From assembly GCA_965644315.1 (NCBI GenBank), contig CBFFRQ010000031.1:372001-436000 (forward strand): DNA of 64,000 bases, read 5' to 3'. The notes beneath the pieces are model-generated. The model saw only the letters and a program-made list of their open reading frames with translations, was not told the origin of the DNA and made no database searches. This DNA comes from Caecitellus pseudoparvulus (Eukaryota > Protista > Bigyra: Bicosoecida). Shown here piece after piece: positions 22,009-33,700 of this stretch. The position numbers were made by a program, and so were the translations under genes. The first letter of the stretch is position 1; the number at the start of each line of letters is the position of its first letter.

Positions 22009-24132
22009 ATGAGTGCCATGGCTTCCCTTCCGCGTCGTGCTGCCCAGGTGATGGGATCTTTGCGCAGAGCGGGGCGGGTGCGGGTAGCGGAAATTGGTTC
22101 CTGCCGCAGCGTCATGTTGCGGAAAGCGTTGCCATGGGCGCGTGGGGCTGGAGCACTGCGCCCGCTCAGCACGAAGACGGGAAGCAAGGTGTCCACGGGC
22201 AGGGACGACGCCAAGGAGGTGGAGAGCGTCGGCCAAATCCTTCGGGGCGTGTTTTCGGGGGCCCTGGCGAAGCCGCCAGCAGCCAGCAAAAGTGCCACAG
22301 AAGGCCACGAATCCAAGCCCAAGGCCGGAGCAGCAGACATCAAAAAGTTTTTATCATTGGCCCTGGATGAGCGGTGGAACATCGGCGTTGCCACTGGGGC
22401 GGTGCTGGCCTCCTCCAGCATCTCCCTCGTGTTTCCCACAGCCATCGGGCAGGTGCTGGATGTGGCGCTGGACCCGGCCGCCGGACAGACACCCAGCGGC
22501 ATCGCGCTGGCGCTCTGCGCGCTGTTCGGAGTCCAAAGCGCCCTCATCATCCTCCGCAGCGCCCTGCTGTCCGTGTCTGGAGAGCGCATCGCTGCTCGTC
22601 TGCGGGAGCGCGTGTTCGGGCGCATGCTGCACCAGGACGTGCCGTGGTTCGACCGGCACCGGGTGGGGCAGCTGTCCAACACGCTGTCCAGCGACATCAG
22701 CAAGATGCAGTCGTGCCTGACGTCCCAGGTCACCACTGCCCTGCGCTCCAGCGTCATGACGGGCGCCTCCGCCGGCATGCTGTTCGCCATCTCACCTTCC
22801 CTGGCCGCTGTCAGCATGGCCCTCGTGCCGCCCACCATCGTCAGCGCTGTGCTGTTCGGACGCTACACGAAACGCAAGCAAGCACAGGTGCAAGAAGACC
22901 TGGGGAAGACCCTGGCCGTGGCAGAGGAGGTGCTGGGCGGCATGCGCGTCGTGCGGCAGTTCGCGGCGGAGGAGCGGGAGGTGGCACGGTACCGCTCGGC
23001 GGTGAGGCAGGCGTTTTCACATGCACGGTCCGTGGGCATTGCCAGCGCCATCCTGGACGGCACGGTGCACATGGCCGCCAACTTCGCCATCATCGCCGTC
23101 CTGTGGCACGGCGGCAACCTGGTGCTGGAGGGCGGGCTCAGCGCGGGGCAGCTGACGTCCTTCCTCATGTACTCCCTCTACGTCGGCTTCAACGCGGGGA
23201 ACCTGTCCACTGTGTACACGGAGTTCATGAAGGGCGTCGGCGCCTCTGCCAAGGTGTTCGACATCCTGGAGCGCCAGCCGCCCGTGGCGCTGACAGGCGG
23301 CGCTACGTCCCTGCCGGCACCCCCTGCGCCGGCAGCACTGGGACCACAGCGCGTGTCTCGCCAGAACAGCATCGGCATTCACTTCCAAGACGTCAGCTTC
23401 GCGTACGACGGCCGGGATGAGCAGGCTGTGCTGTCGCGCCTGAGCATGCGCGTGGAGCCTGGGGAGCACGCGGCCCTCGTGGGCCCCTCTGGCTCAGGCA
23501 AGTCCACCATCGGCGCTCTGCTGACGCGCCTGTACGAGCCCAGCGCCGGCAGCATCACTGCCAACGGCGTGGACATCCGCACACTGGACCCATCTTGGTG
23601 GCGCAGGCAAGTGGGCGTGGTGCAGCAAGAGGCACCTTTGTTCTCCGGCACAGTGCTGCAGAACTTGCGGTACGGAGCCCCCGACGCGACGCTGCAGCAG
23701 GTGCAGGATGCCGCCCGGGCGGCTCAAGTGCATGCCTTCCTGCAAGACCTCCCCCGTGGCTACGACACTGAGGTGGGCAGCCGTGGCATGCAGCTGAGCG
23801 GCGGCCAGCGCCAGCGCCTGTGCATTGCACGCATGATGCTGATGGACCCCGCCCTCGTGCTGCTGGATGAGGCGACCTCTGCCCAGGATGCCGCGACAGA
23901 GGGGGACGTGCACGAGGCGCTGGAGGAGTTCCTGCACGGCCGCACGGTGCTGAGCATCGCTCACCGCCTGAGCACCATCCAGGCCGCCGACAGCGTGCGC
24001 ATGTTGCTGGGGGGGCAAGTGGTGGAGGAGGGCACCTTCTCGCAGCTTGTGCAGCGCCCGGGCGGCGCCTTCAAGGCCCTGGTGGAGAAGCAGCTGGCCA
24101 GCGGCAACATGGACGCAGTGGTGGATGGATAG
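22009..24132 (+). CDS. Mitochondrial half ABC transporter, ABCB10/Mdl1-like
   Basis: Arg-rich transit-like N-terminus, ABC membrane domain (GERIAARLR), GPSGSGKST, LSGGQRQR and LLDEATSA. Confidence 0.9.
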   Translation: MSAMASLPRRAAQVMGSLRRAGRVRVAEIGSCRSVMLRKALPWARGAGALRPLSTKTGSKVSTGRDDAKEVESVGQILRGVFSGALAKPPAASKSATEGHESKPKAGAADIKKFLSLALDERWNIGVATGAVLASSSISLVFPTAIGQVLDVALDPAAGQTPSGIALALCALFGVQSALIILRSALLSVSGERIAARLRERVFGRMLHQDVPWFDRHRVGQLSNTLSSDISKMQSCLTSQVTTALRSSVMTGASAGMLFAISPSLAAVSMALVPPTIVSAVLFGRYTKRKQAQVQEDLGKTLAVAEEVLGGMRVVRQFAAEEREVARYRSAVRQAFSHARSVGIASAILDGTVHMAANFAIIAVLWHGGNLVLEGGLSAGQLTSFLMYSLYVGFNAGNLSTVYTEFMKGVGASAKVFDILERQPPVALTGGATSLPAPPAPAALGPQRVSRQNSIGIHFQDVSFAYDGRDEQAVLSRLSMRVEPGEHAALVGPSGSGKSTIGALLTRLYEPSAGSITANGVDIRTLDPSWWRRQVGVVQQEAPLFSGTVLQNLRYGAPDATLQQVQDAARAAQVHAFLQDLPRGYDTEVGSRGMQLSGGQRQRLCIARMMLMDPALVLLDEATSAQDAATEGDVHEALEEFLHGRTVLSIAHRLSTIQAADSVRMLLGGQVVEEGTFSQLVQRPGGAFKALVEKQLASGNMDAVVDG

Positions 24133-24328
24133 TGAACAATGCACTTCTTCATGTCCACATTGGGGTGTGCGCCCTTGAGGGGGGGGAGTGGTGCGCGCGA
24201 ACGCCGCCAGCTGCTGCGAAACGCAGAGCGGAGGCCGTGCCCAAATTACTCTCCCCTCCATCACCCCCGCACCCGTCAGCGACCCGGCCACATGCACGCC
24301 CCAGCACCACTGTAGTGCTTATTCTGGA

Positions 24329-25933
24329 ATGTCAGACAGCGCCCTGCGCAAGCGCGCCTCGAAGCCAGCTCAGTCTGCGCCCGCCATGCCAGCCAGCGGC
24401 AGCGATCAGCCGGCTGCGGCCGCTTCAGCTGATGCCGCTACAGCTCCCACTGTCGACAAGGCACTGCTAGGGGGTGATAAAGAGGCAAACCCACCGTCTT
24501 CTGCGTCCCCCGCTGAGAAGGAACCCGAGAAGGTGCAGGTGTGTGCGCGGGCGGTTGTTTCTGGTCAGTCAGCTGCTGATCAGCTGATTCCCTCGCTTCA
24601 CCACCTTTACAGGAGTCCTCCCTGGCGATGAAGCTGGCTGGGACGGTCTTGAGCGCCCTGCTCTTTGGCTGGGCTCTGAACAAGGGCGGGGTGTATCGCT
24701 CGGATGTCATCCAAGATCAGTTCTTGTTCACCAACAACACAATGCTGGTAGGTGCCGCACGCCGCCTTGCGGAATATGAATGCGGCACCCAGCTGCCAGC
24801 GAATCGGTGACGTTCACACCGCCTCCCCATGCGTTTGGCTGACAGATGATGTTTCTCAGTGCAACAGCTTCATCGATTCTGTTCATCGCGCTGCTCAAGG
24901 CGAGCCCCTTCCGCCCTGCCGTAGAGAAGGCAGGCAAGAAATATGTGCGTAGGCCGCGCAGCTGGTCCGGCAACCTTCAGCTGACCCCGCACCAGCACCG
25001 CCTGTGACGCAGCTGACTGACGCAACCATCAGCCTCTTCAGCGCGACCCTTGGGGGCATGATGATCGGCATTGGTGAGTGTGCCTCCGATTGGCCACTGC
25101 TTGCGTGCGCTGAGCCCTCACTTAGCATCGTGCCGCAACTTACCGCAGGTATGCGCGTCAGCGGCACGTGCCCCGGCACTATCTTCGCCCAGCTTGGCTC
25201 GGGGGCCGTTAAGACTTGGGCGACCTTCGGCGCGGCGCTGCTGGGGGCTTTTTTCCACGGTGTCGTGCGGGAGCCCTTCATGCCTTGGTTGAAGTGGGGG
25301 CAGGTGAAGAACCGCCCCATGTACGCCGTGCTGGGCGTCAGCCCGGCTGTCACCACCTCTGCCTTTGTTGTGGGGCTGGCCGCCGTTGTGGGTCTGGTGG
25401 GCGCCTTCGCGTGGGAGCCCATCCCTGGGTCTGCGCAGGGCGTGCAGTTCACGGCCGCGTACTGGCACCCTGCCCTCGTCGGCTGCTTCGTGGGCTTCCT
25501 GCAGATCCCCCTGACGCTCATGGTGCAGAAAAACCTGGGTGCCAGCACCTCCCTCTCCGTGCTTGTGGCCCAGGCGGCTTGGTGCTACACTGGCTCCCCC
25601 TACCTCAACAAGCTGCGCGCCGACAAGAGCAAGTGGATGGACGTGCTGTTTGCGGCGGTGTGTGTGCTGGGATCCACAGCCGCCGCGGCGACGGCCGACC
25701 CTGGTCCCAACTGGACCACCGCAGCAGACATGGCCAGCGTCTCATGGGTGGAGGCCGTCATCGGGGGTTTTGTCCTGGGGGCTGGCGCCCGCCTCGCCAA
25801 TGGCTGCACCTCTGGCCACGGCATCACTGGCGCAGGCCACCAAAGCCTCGTGTCTTTCGTCGGCGTCGCGGCAATTTTCGGCGGGGGCATTCTGACGGCC
25901 CTCGTGTACGCGGGCGTGAACGGCACGCTGTGA
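24329..25933 (+). CDS. YeeE/YedE-family (thio)sulfur transporter, spliced
   Basis: FGWALNKGGVY..IQDQFLF, GTCPGT and GARLANGCTSGHGITG motifs in hydrophobic segments across several exons. Confidence 0.85.
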
Positions 25934-25965
25934 GCACGCCACAAGCTGCCTCAATGCATGTTCAT

Positions 25966-27636
25966 TCACAGGGCAGGCTCCTCAGCCTCGGCAGGCGGCG
26001 ACACGGGCTGCATGTTCAGCGCTTCCAGCGGCCGGTGCACCTTGGAAATGCGGTGCACTTTGATGCCTGACCGAGCCAAAGCATCGAACATCTCGGAGGT
26101 GTGCTGTGCGCCACGCGTCTCTGCCACACACACAATGTGCACCGACGAAAAGTCGTGGTCCAGCCACGCGCGCTCGTGGAACAGGTCCTTCACAGAGGCA
26201 CCTGACTCCGCCAACTGGGTGGTCAGCCGCTGAATGCCGCCGGGGCGATCTGGCACCGTTGCCACGAAACGCACGAGGCGGGAATCGGCAGCGAGGCCTC
26301 GGTCAATGACCCGCCCAAGCACTGGCGTGTCCACGTTCCCGCCACACAGCGGGAACACCACTTTCTTGCCGGCCAAGTCAGGCAGCACCCCCTGCAAGGC
26401 GGCTGCGAGGCCCGTCGCGCCGCCGCCCTCAACGATGCACTTCTCCGCCTCCACCAGACGCAGCATAGCCAGCGCGATGTACTTCTCTCGCACAGTCACC
26501 ATTTCGTCCACGTACTTGCAGGCGAGGTGGTACGCGTTGAGGCCCACCTTGGGCACGAGCAGGCCGTCTGCCAGCGTCGCACCGCCCAGGGGGGTGTCTA
26601 CGGGGTGCCCCGCCGCCATGGCAGCGGCAAGGGAGGGCATGTTCTCCGGCTCCACGCCGATGATGCGGACGTCTGGGCGCATACTCTTGATGGCGACAGC
26701 CACGCCCGCGATGAGGCCAGCCCCCCCCACGGGCACGACGACGGCCGACACATCTGGCACCTGCTCCAGGATCTCCAGACCCATCGTGCCTGCGCCTGCG
26801 ATGATGTTGGGGTGGTCGTAGCCATTGATGTAGGTGAGGCCCTTCTCAGCTGCCACTTTCACAGCAGCATCCCGGGCCTCGCCGATGTGCTCGCCCTGCA
26901 CGACCACCTCCGCCCCAATGTCCCTGCAGGCCTGAATCTTCGTCAACGGCGCGATGGTGGGCATGTACACCGTGCAGGGAATGCCCTGCTGCTTGGCGTG
27001 GTATGCCATGGCCTGTGCATGGTTCCCTGCGAAGCGCAGGAGAATGACGCGATGCTGCCAGACAGTGGGGGCAAGGATGCACAGCTGGGAGAAAGGGCTC
27101 ACCTGCCGATGCGGCAATAACCCCGATCCGTTTTGCCTCTTCATCCAGGCGTTTCAGGGCAAAACTGGCCCCTCTCTCCTTGAAGCTGCACAGGGCACAC
27201 GAAACGCTGCCGAAACTCAGAAGCTTGCGAAACATGCGCTGCCCGCACGCACCTGCCCGTGGGGAGTCGGTACTCGTGCTTGAAGTAAACGTGCATGCCG
27301 CCACATTGCTCTTCCAACTTCAAGTTCCGCGAGACAGCCGTTCTGGGGTGGCACGGGGCAAGAGTTGCAGCGGGTGCGCTGCTGCACTGCACCTCTGCAA
27401 GGTACACACGTTGGCACGGCATCTCTGTTGCGGAAGTGAGCATACGAAATGTCCGACAGCGTGACGTCCACCACAGACTCAAACTCGTGCCCATCAGGCT
27501 GGTCAAACTCGAGAGTGGAGCCATACCCCGCTTCTGTGGAGCACGCAGCAACGCGCCATGCCAAGCGGGCAGGTGGCACTGATACCACCCGAGCGCCTGC
27601 GGCACACAGCGCCCGCCGGGCGAGGGCAGCAGCCAT
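25966..27636 (-). CDS. Threonine/serine dehydratase (PLP-dependent) with C-terminal ACT domain and transit peptide, spliced
   Basis: FKHEYRLPTG|SFKERGA (PLP lysine), SAGNHAQA, VPVGGAGLIAG, CGGNVD and VPDRPGG (ACT). Confidence 0.93.
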
Positions 27637-28068
27637 CAATCCAAGGCCTGAGAGCTAACTCAGAAAGCAGCGCAAGGATAAGGAGTGCGGCGACTTGACT
27701 GAGGAACCAGTGGATTGAGCGTGCAAGGAATATGTGTTCGCAGGGCAGGAGCAGAATCGTGCCGGGCACATGAGACGACGAGACTCGAAGAGCATGTGAG
27801 AATCTGTCCTCCTGATCTGCTAGGCGGTGATAAGCGGTGCCTCGAGCACCCTGTGCCTTATTACAGGCGCGGGGGACGTGGATGGATTTCGTCGGTCTGA
27901 GCGGAAGCAGAACTGAGAGACTGGAGCAAGGGAATCGACAGACACTTACCTTCAGTGCTTGCACAAACCTGACATGGTGCACAGGTGCGGGTGGGCCAGG
28001 CTGTGGGGGGAGGTGTGGTGCGGCTTGGAAAGGGGGGGGGTGTGACTGGGCGAGGGGGTCAAAACTCA

Positions 28069-28117
28069 CGCAAGTCCTTGAAAAAGTTGAGTGGGGCAAC
28101 TTTTTCAAGGACTTGCG
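28069..28117. repeat. Perfect 21-bp inverted repeat with 7-nt loop
   Basis: CGCAAGTCCTTGAAAAAGTTG-agtgggg-CAACTTTTTCAAGGACTTGCG read directly. Confidence 0.97.
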
Positions 28118-28537
28118 GTGAATTAGAGGGTCCTTGCACCGCGAGCTTGAAGTTGCCCCCCCCCCCCACCGGAAACACTGGGGCAGGGGGCCACTGGTAA
28201 CTAGCCTACATTCAGCTCTCATGAAGGGCCCTTAACCTTTCCGGCATACAAAACATATACGGCTGGACCTTTATGCCACAAAATTTAAGATGAGCGCTGA
28301 CTTACGGGGATTTGCGTCCGCACGTGTTCGTAGTGGCTCCTTGAAAGCAACGTCCCAAGGGTGGATGGTGTCAGCGCAGGTGCAGTGACACAAGGCCAGC
28401 CTAGCGTGACTACACAGGCTTCCCAGAGCTTGAATTTTGCTCTGTTACATTATGAGTGAACGTTGAATTTGGTTTAGTCGAAAGTATGCCTGGAACCTCA
28501 ACAGGGCCTGCCGGAGAGGTGCAACTCCAGGTGGGCA

Positions 28538-28553
28538 GAGTTTCATGAAACTC
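28538..28553. repeat. Perfect 16-bp palindrome
   Basis: GAGTTTCATGAAACTC. Confidence 0.9.
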
Positions 28554-29264
28554 CACAGAGCTTCGGGGCTCTATCTTCGGCTTCCTCAAGCAAGCACCAA
28601 CAGGACATTGTGTGGGGGCTCGATCAGTATGCATGAAACACTACCTGCGTAGTCTGCGTGGGTGAAAGGCCCTGTGCATTGCGGAATCCGTGTCGGCGAC
28701 TTCTTGGTGCGGGCTGGCGTCTCCTGCCTTCCGCCGACCCGGATTGCCGCCCATCCTTGCGCAAGCCCTGGCGATTTGCATGCTAAGGTCAAACCCGAAG
28801 ACCTATAGCAGGTCCAGCATAGGCTGTTGCGTCTCCACAGCTTCTCCGCTGACCTCGTGGACCTCCAGCTCCACTTGGCTTCTTGCCTTAGGTCCCATTC
28901 CGGAAGTCTTGTGCGATGCTTCCTCCCTTTACCAACCCTGGGGGCCATGGCTCCTCAGCAAGAAAGTAGATGCCAAGTAGAACCACTCTGACTGTCACAG
29001 CCCTGCTGCTGTGGGCCTGCAGTGCTCCCCGGAGCTCACCCGCAGAGTAGGCAGCCCCTCCTGCTGTCAGGTCTTCCTGCGTTTTCCTCTGGAAATAATG
29101 CGGTACTCGCTCTTGCGGGTCAAAAAGGTTGACCTGGATATGAGCAACTCTGCTCGGTCTTCCCCGATGTCGCCTGTCAGATGTTGGGGACTCACTGGCT
29201 CGCACTTCGTGACCAGTTCAAGCAGCTCGCCGCCGTCCAGCTTCATGTACTCCGCTTCAATGAC

Positions 29265-30785
29265 CTAGGACCCTTCCTGGAACCTCCCACACACAGTTTT
29301 GTCATCACGCGGGTCGTAGAAGTACGCCCGCGTTTGCGCACGGGTGTTGGCCATGAGGTACCACTGCGGCTGCTCCATGAGGCTGAGCACATCCCCATCC
29401 TGCACTTCACTGCCGTCATCCTCGTCATCCTCTGCAACACAAGCTGCCCCAGACCTTGCCAGACTTGCAGCCGATCTTTCCCGCTGTCTCTTTGTCCCGC
29501 CCAGCCTTTTCCGCGACCTCTGTGGCACCTGCACAGACTTGGCAGGCACTCTGTCGTGGCTGTCGCCATCGTCAAAGGTGATGGAGTGTGTGCCGTCGGC
29601 TCGCACCTGTGATACACGCCCGGGGTACCAGCCATCAGACCCATTCGTCCACCCCCAGTCCATGGACTCTCCGTCCTCCCCTTGGCCGGGTGGGATGAAT
29701 GCCCGTGCGAAGACTGAGTCCCCTTCTTGGAACTTGGGCTGGAACGGGACTGGCGGGTGGACAACTGACCTCTCCCTCGTTGCATGGATGTATCGCATGG
29801 CCTTGGGAATATCTTGCAGACCCCTCTCTCTCCAAAGCCTGCCAAGGTCCCCAACCATGTGCGTCACCGCCTCAGTCCATTCAGCCTTGGGCACGTGTGC
29901 AAGGCGGCTGTGGTCCACTTGGTCTCTGACTGGTCCAAGACGGCCATCAGGGAAGCACTGAGCAAGCAATGGCTGCGACTCATTCCCCAGTACAACGTAC
30001 ACGCAGTCCCAGCCTTGCGCATCATACGCCCGGACGATGTCGCCTTGAATGGTTGTGACGGAGGCCGCCGCTGAGGGCTGGCTGAGACCTGCAAGGACAT
30101 CCGGGCGCCAGAAGGCACCTGCACGCCGCTCTGCATCCTCTGAGAAGGCGCTCCATAATACCAGGCTTATCATCTGTGCCAGACAGTCCCCGCTCTCAGC
30201 TTTTCGCAGGCTGCGCAAGAGCGCCCAGTGCTTCGTTGCCGCCTTCGCAAGGCGCTGGACTGCCAAAGGAAGGAAGTCATCCACGAGCAGGAAGGCTGGC
30301 TTGGGGGGCACTCTTACCACTCTGTCCATTATGAAGCCCTTGGAGTCTACGATGATGGTGTGTTCAGGGTTGTCCCCAAGCCAAACGCGGAAGACTCGCT
30401 TCGTGGACACGGCATCCGCTCCCTCTCGAGCCACGTACAGCGTGTCCAGTCCGATCGCATCAAGGCTGCCTTCAGCCGGCCTGGATGCAACTGGTGCGCG
30501 TGTTGAAAACTTCCTCACCATGTTCTTGCTTGTAACCGACGATGGTTTCGTTTGTTGCGTCCGGCGGTTGGGGTGCTTGCAGAGAGCTGGCTGTGCGCTC
30601 GAAGTGTCAGAGGGCTTCAGTCTGCGTGCGTGTGCTGGGTCCACTTGGGAACCCTTACCAGGCGAAGTTCGCAATGACTTCTTTCGTCGAAGTTTTCTGG
30701 CCACGTGCCCTGAAAAGTTCCCAGAGTTTGCAACGTACTTCTCCCTGCTCCGTGCCCCCTTGGCGGCGGCATCCAGCTCTGGAGC
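29265..30785 (-). CDS. In-frame continuation of the transposase containing a Tudor/Agenet-like domain
   Basis: Same frame as the transposase, open directly after TAG 30786-30788. Tudor signature FQEGDSVFAR..WYPGRVSQVRADGTHSITFDDGD at ~29530-29735. Confidence 0.65.
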   Translation of the reverse strand, partial: APELDAAAKGARSREKYVANSGNFSGHVARKLRRKKSLRTSPGKGSQVDPAHARRLKPSDTSSAQPALCKHPNRRTQQTKPSSVTSKNMVRKFSTRAPVASRPAEGSLDAIGLDTLYVAREGADAVSTKRVFRVWLGDNPEHTIIVDSKGFIMDRVVRVPPKPAFLLVDDFLPLAVQRLAKAATKHWALLRSLRKAESGDCLAQMISLVLWSAFSEDAERRAGAFWRPDVLAGLSQPSAAASVTTIQGDIVRAYDAQGWDCVYVVLGNESQPLLAQCFPDGRLGPVRDQVDHSRLAHVPKAEWTEAVTHMVGDLGRLWRERGLQDIPKAMRYIHATRERSVVHPPVPFQPKFQEGDSVFARAFIPPGQGEDGESMDWGWTNGSDGWYPGRVSQVRADGTHSITFDDGDSHDRVPAKSVQVPQRSRKRLGGTKRQRERSAASLARSGAACVAEDDEDDGSEVQDGDVLSLMEQPQWYLMANTRAQTRAYFYDPRDDKTVCGRFQEGS

Positions 30786-33700
30786 CTAGCAGATCTCTGG
30801 GTCACACTCCGTTGCAGCCCGCTTAGCAAGCCTGACTGCTGAACTTGGAATGGCTGAACCGAGTCGTTCCATCTTCAGTGCCAGGGCTGCCAGCTCCTTT
30901 GCAATCGCCTTGGCCTCTGGTGCGCTCGGCTCACTGGCGCCTTCAGTCGTTGAGGGAGACTCTGTGACTGGCGAGGCAGCACCCTCCGGATCCTGGGCGC
31001 AACCAGGGCTCATCTGAGACCCATCAACTGGATTCGAGTCCGTCTCAGTGACGCTCAGCTCTTTCCCTCCAAATGTTTCCGATATCTTGCCTGCGACATC
31101 ACAGCGCAGGATCTCCTGAGCGTAGTGGCGTGCTGCCCAGCCGTGCTTGCACGAAGCTGTGGATCCGTGGGCAGAGCAGTCGCAGATTGGGCCACATGTT
31201 CGGGGGTTAGCCAACGAGACGAGGTAGATGGTATTGGTCCGTGACTCGCTGTGGATCTCGAAGGTCAGAGTCTTGCAGTCTTGCAGGTTGATGCGTTCCT
31301 CCAAGACACCCCCCTTCTTCCACCTCAGGAACATCTCGAGCCCTTTCTTTTTTGACTCTCTCGCTATTCGTTGTACGGAACTCCGGGCACCTGTCCTGTA
31401 CGTCCGGGCCACTTCACGACACTGGATGTACGACACTAAACAGCCTCCCTTGTCTGGCTCTGGCCCTCCTACAAGCGCAACGAGCATCTCATAGGTTGAA
31501 TGGTTGTAGCGCCGCTTCAAGACCCGGTACTTGAGCATGTTCCACATTGACTCAACATAGTTTGTTGTGTTGTCCATGGAGCGGTCATTGCGAAACCAAA
31601 GTGCCCAAGTTGGCAGCCACGCGTCACACAGCCAGTTCGCCTCCAAGTACTCCAGCGCTTTGCGGTACTTAGGATCAGCGCACGCGTCTTGCCTCATGAC
31701 TTGCCAGTGGCGGTGGAGCTCTTGAGGCGACGTTGCCGTGAACAGAGTGCGGGCTGCATCCGTGAAGGTGGTTTTGCTCTCTTGGTCTGGAAGGGTCATG
31801 GTGACGCTCTCGTTCACAGCCTTCAAAGCGTGGAAGTGACAGAGGAACAGCTTGCTATGCAGCATGCGTTCCAGCATCCGCACTTCTGGAATGTGTCTGA
31901 AGGCGCTGAGTTCATGGGTATGCTCGCGAAGCGCCTGGATGGTTTCGTGCACAGGCAGCCACTTCGCCTTGCTGGCATCCTCCACCGCGCCGAAGTCGCC
32001 CAGCTGCCGCTGGGCCGCCTGGGCAGAGACCTGCAGCGAACGGGACACGCTGGGATCACTCCCCACTTTGTCCAGCAGCCTCTTCATCTTGGTCCCCACG
32101 TGCCATGCGAAGGCGGAGTGGCCATGCGGGCACTTGTCCATCATCTTGGCGGTGAGGTGAAACGCACCACCCAGCTCGGCCTCCATCTTCTGGTACGACC
32201 ACACGAGGGCGTGGGCTAGGGCCCCAGGCACTGGGTGTTCCCCTGCATGGAAGTACATGAACGCAACTGGGATGCCATGTGAGGTGTGGGGTGACCTGTA
32301 CAGCCACGTGAAGAGCTTTGACTTGAACTTGTCGGTGCCCCCCGTGTCGTCTTCGTACACCAGGGAGTTCATGGACTCCTTGTACTCGCTTGTAGCTGCA
32401 TACTTCCTCATTTGCGGTGTGATTATGAGCAAGACACTGAAGTCTTCCGCTTGGTTGAGCTTGTTTAGGTGGAAGTAGGTGTTGGTCGTGTCTGCCGCCG
32501 CCATGTCCACACACGCCTGAAAGACGGACATCCCCCCGCGCTGCTCTCGCTTCATTTTGTCCAAATATCCCTGGATTGCGGCAGGGGAGGGGTGAATGTT
32601 GAACAGTCCATGCTTGCGTCTGAGACCAGCGTCCTGCATGAGCTGGGACGTGGCTGTGTGCTTGTCTTTGAGCATCTGGTCGTGCTCCATGTATACCTCA
32701 GGGGTTGAGCACTGTGTCTTGGCTAGGAGATAGGTAAGGATGTCAAGCATGGATGCGCCAGGCGTGCTTGCTGCCCTTTTTTTGATGATTTCCGTCACCA
32801 CGGGGCTGAGGGGCAGGGACATGTACTCCGCACGACCGACCTGCTTGGTCGGGTCAACGGGTTCATCGATTGCGAAGTACTTTGCAGGGGTGTGGTTATG
32901 GTGCATGCAAACCTCCAGAGTGTATCCCTTCTGACTTAGGGCCACCCTAATCCTGAAGGGGCACTGCTGGCAAAGTCTCTGTGGCGAAGCCAGAGCAGCG
33001 TCACGCTGTTGCGGATCGTGAACAGGGCTACTTGATTCTGGACTGCAACCCGAACCTGCAGAGTCAGGGCTTGTGTGGGCGCATGCAAAAGTCAACATGA
33101 CTTGCCCCTGCTTCCCGTGCCACGGCTTGTTCTCCAGCTTGATGAGGCATCCAAACTCCCTCGCCGCTTGTGAGAGCGCTGGGCCACATTCTTCGAGCGG
33201 GCCAAATCGAATGCGCTGCCCGAGTGACCGTCGATGGACAAGTAAGGCATGCAGAGGACTGCTTGCTTCCTTTGGTTTTGGCAGGATGCTGGAGACAGTG
33301 TTGTCTGTCCGGGGAGTCCTGTCCACACGGGATAGTCGGACCTGGATGACGGTGGCCTGAACAGTCGCATGCGCTAGAGTCACTTGACTATGGTGCCGGT
33401 GCTCCTTCAAGATGAGCGCCCCTTGATGAGACGCAGCTCGCACGGCGCGCACGACATCCACCGGCGCCACCCCAGCATGTCTGGTTGCTGCCAGCACATC
33501 TCGCAAGCGGGTCAAGGCTTCCCTGTTCTCCAAAACGCACTGCTTATCTACCTCGTTGGGGAGCTTGCCGATGCTTGCCATGCTATACACACTGGCAAGA
33601 GTCAGCTCAAGGTCTGGGTTGAGCTGCAGGCACGAGCGGATGGCTTCAATCACGCGTGCAAAGTCCAGCAGCACAGGCGCGGGAGTCTCGACGTGGGAGC

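Noticed and set aside
27942-27953. ACACTTACCT resembling the U1 snRNA 5' end
   Set aside because: No U1 stems or Sm site follow; it reads simply as a splice-donor-like AGGTAAGT on the minus strand.
28069-28117. Helitron 3' hairpin or bacterial terminator
   Set aside because: No Rep/Pif1 ORF, no adjacent CTRR end or U-tract; eukaryotic context.
30150-30205. GDCLAQMIS as an OTU protease catalytic motif
   Set aside because: Partial resemblance only; no convincing downstream catalytic His.
28640-30788. TAG reassigned to an amino acid in the element
   Set aside because: Host genes here end in TAG (SDR, PTRHD1, ABC transporter); the element has too few internal TAGs, and below 29067 stop density looks random.
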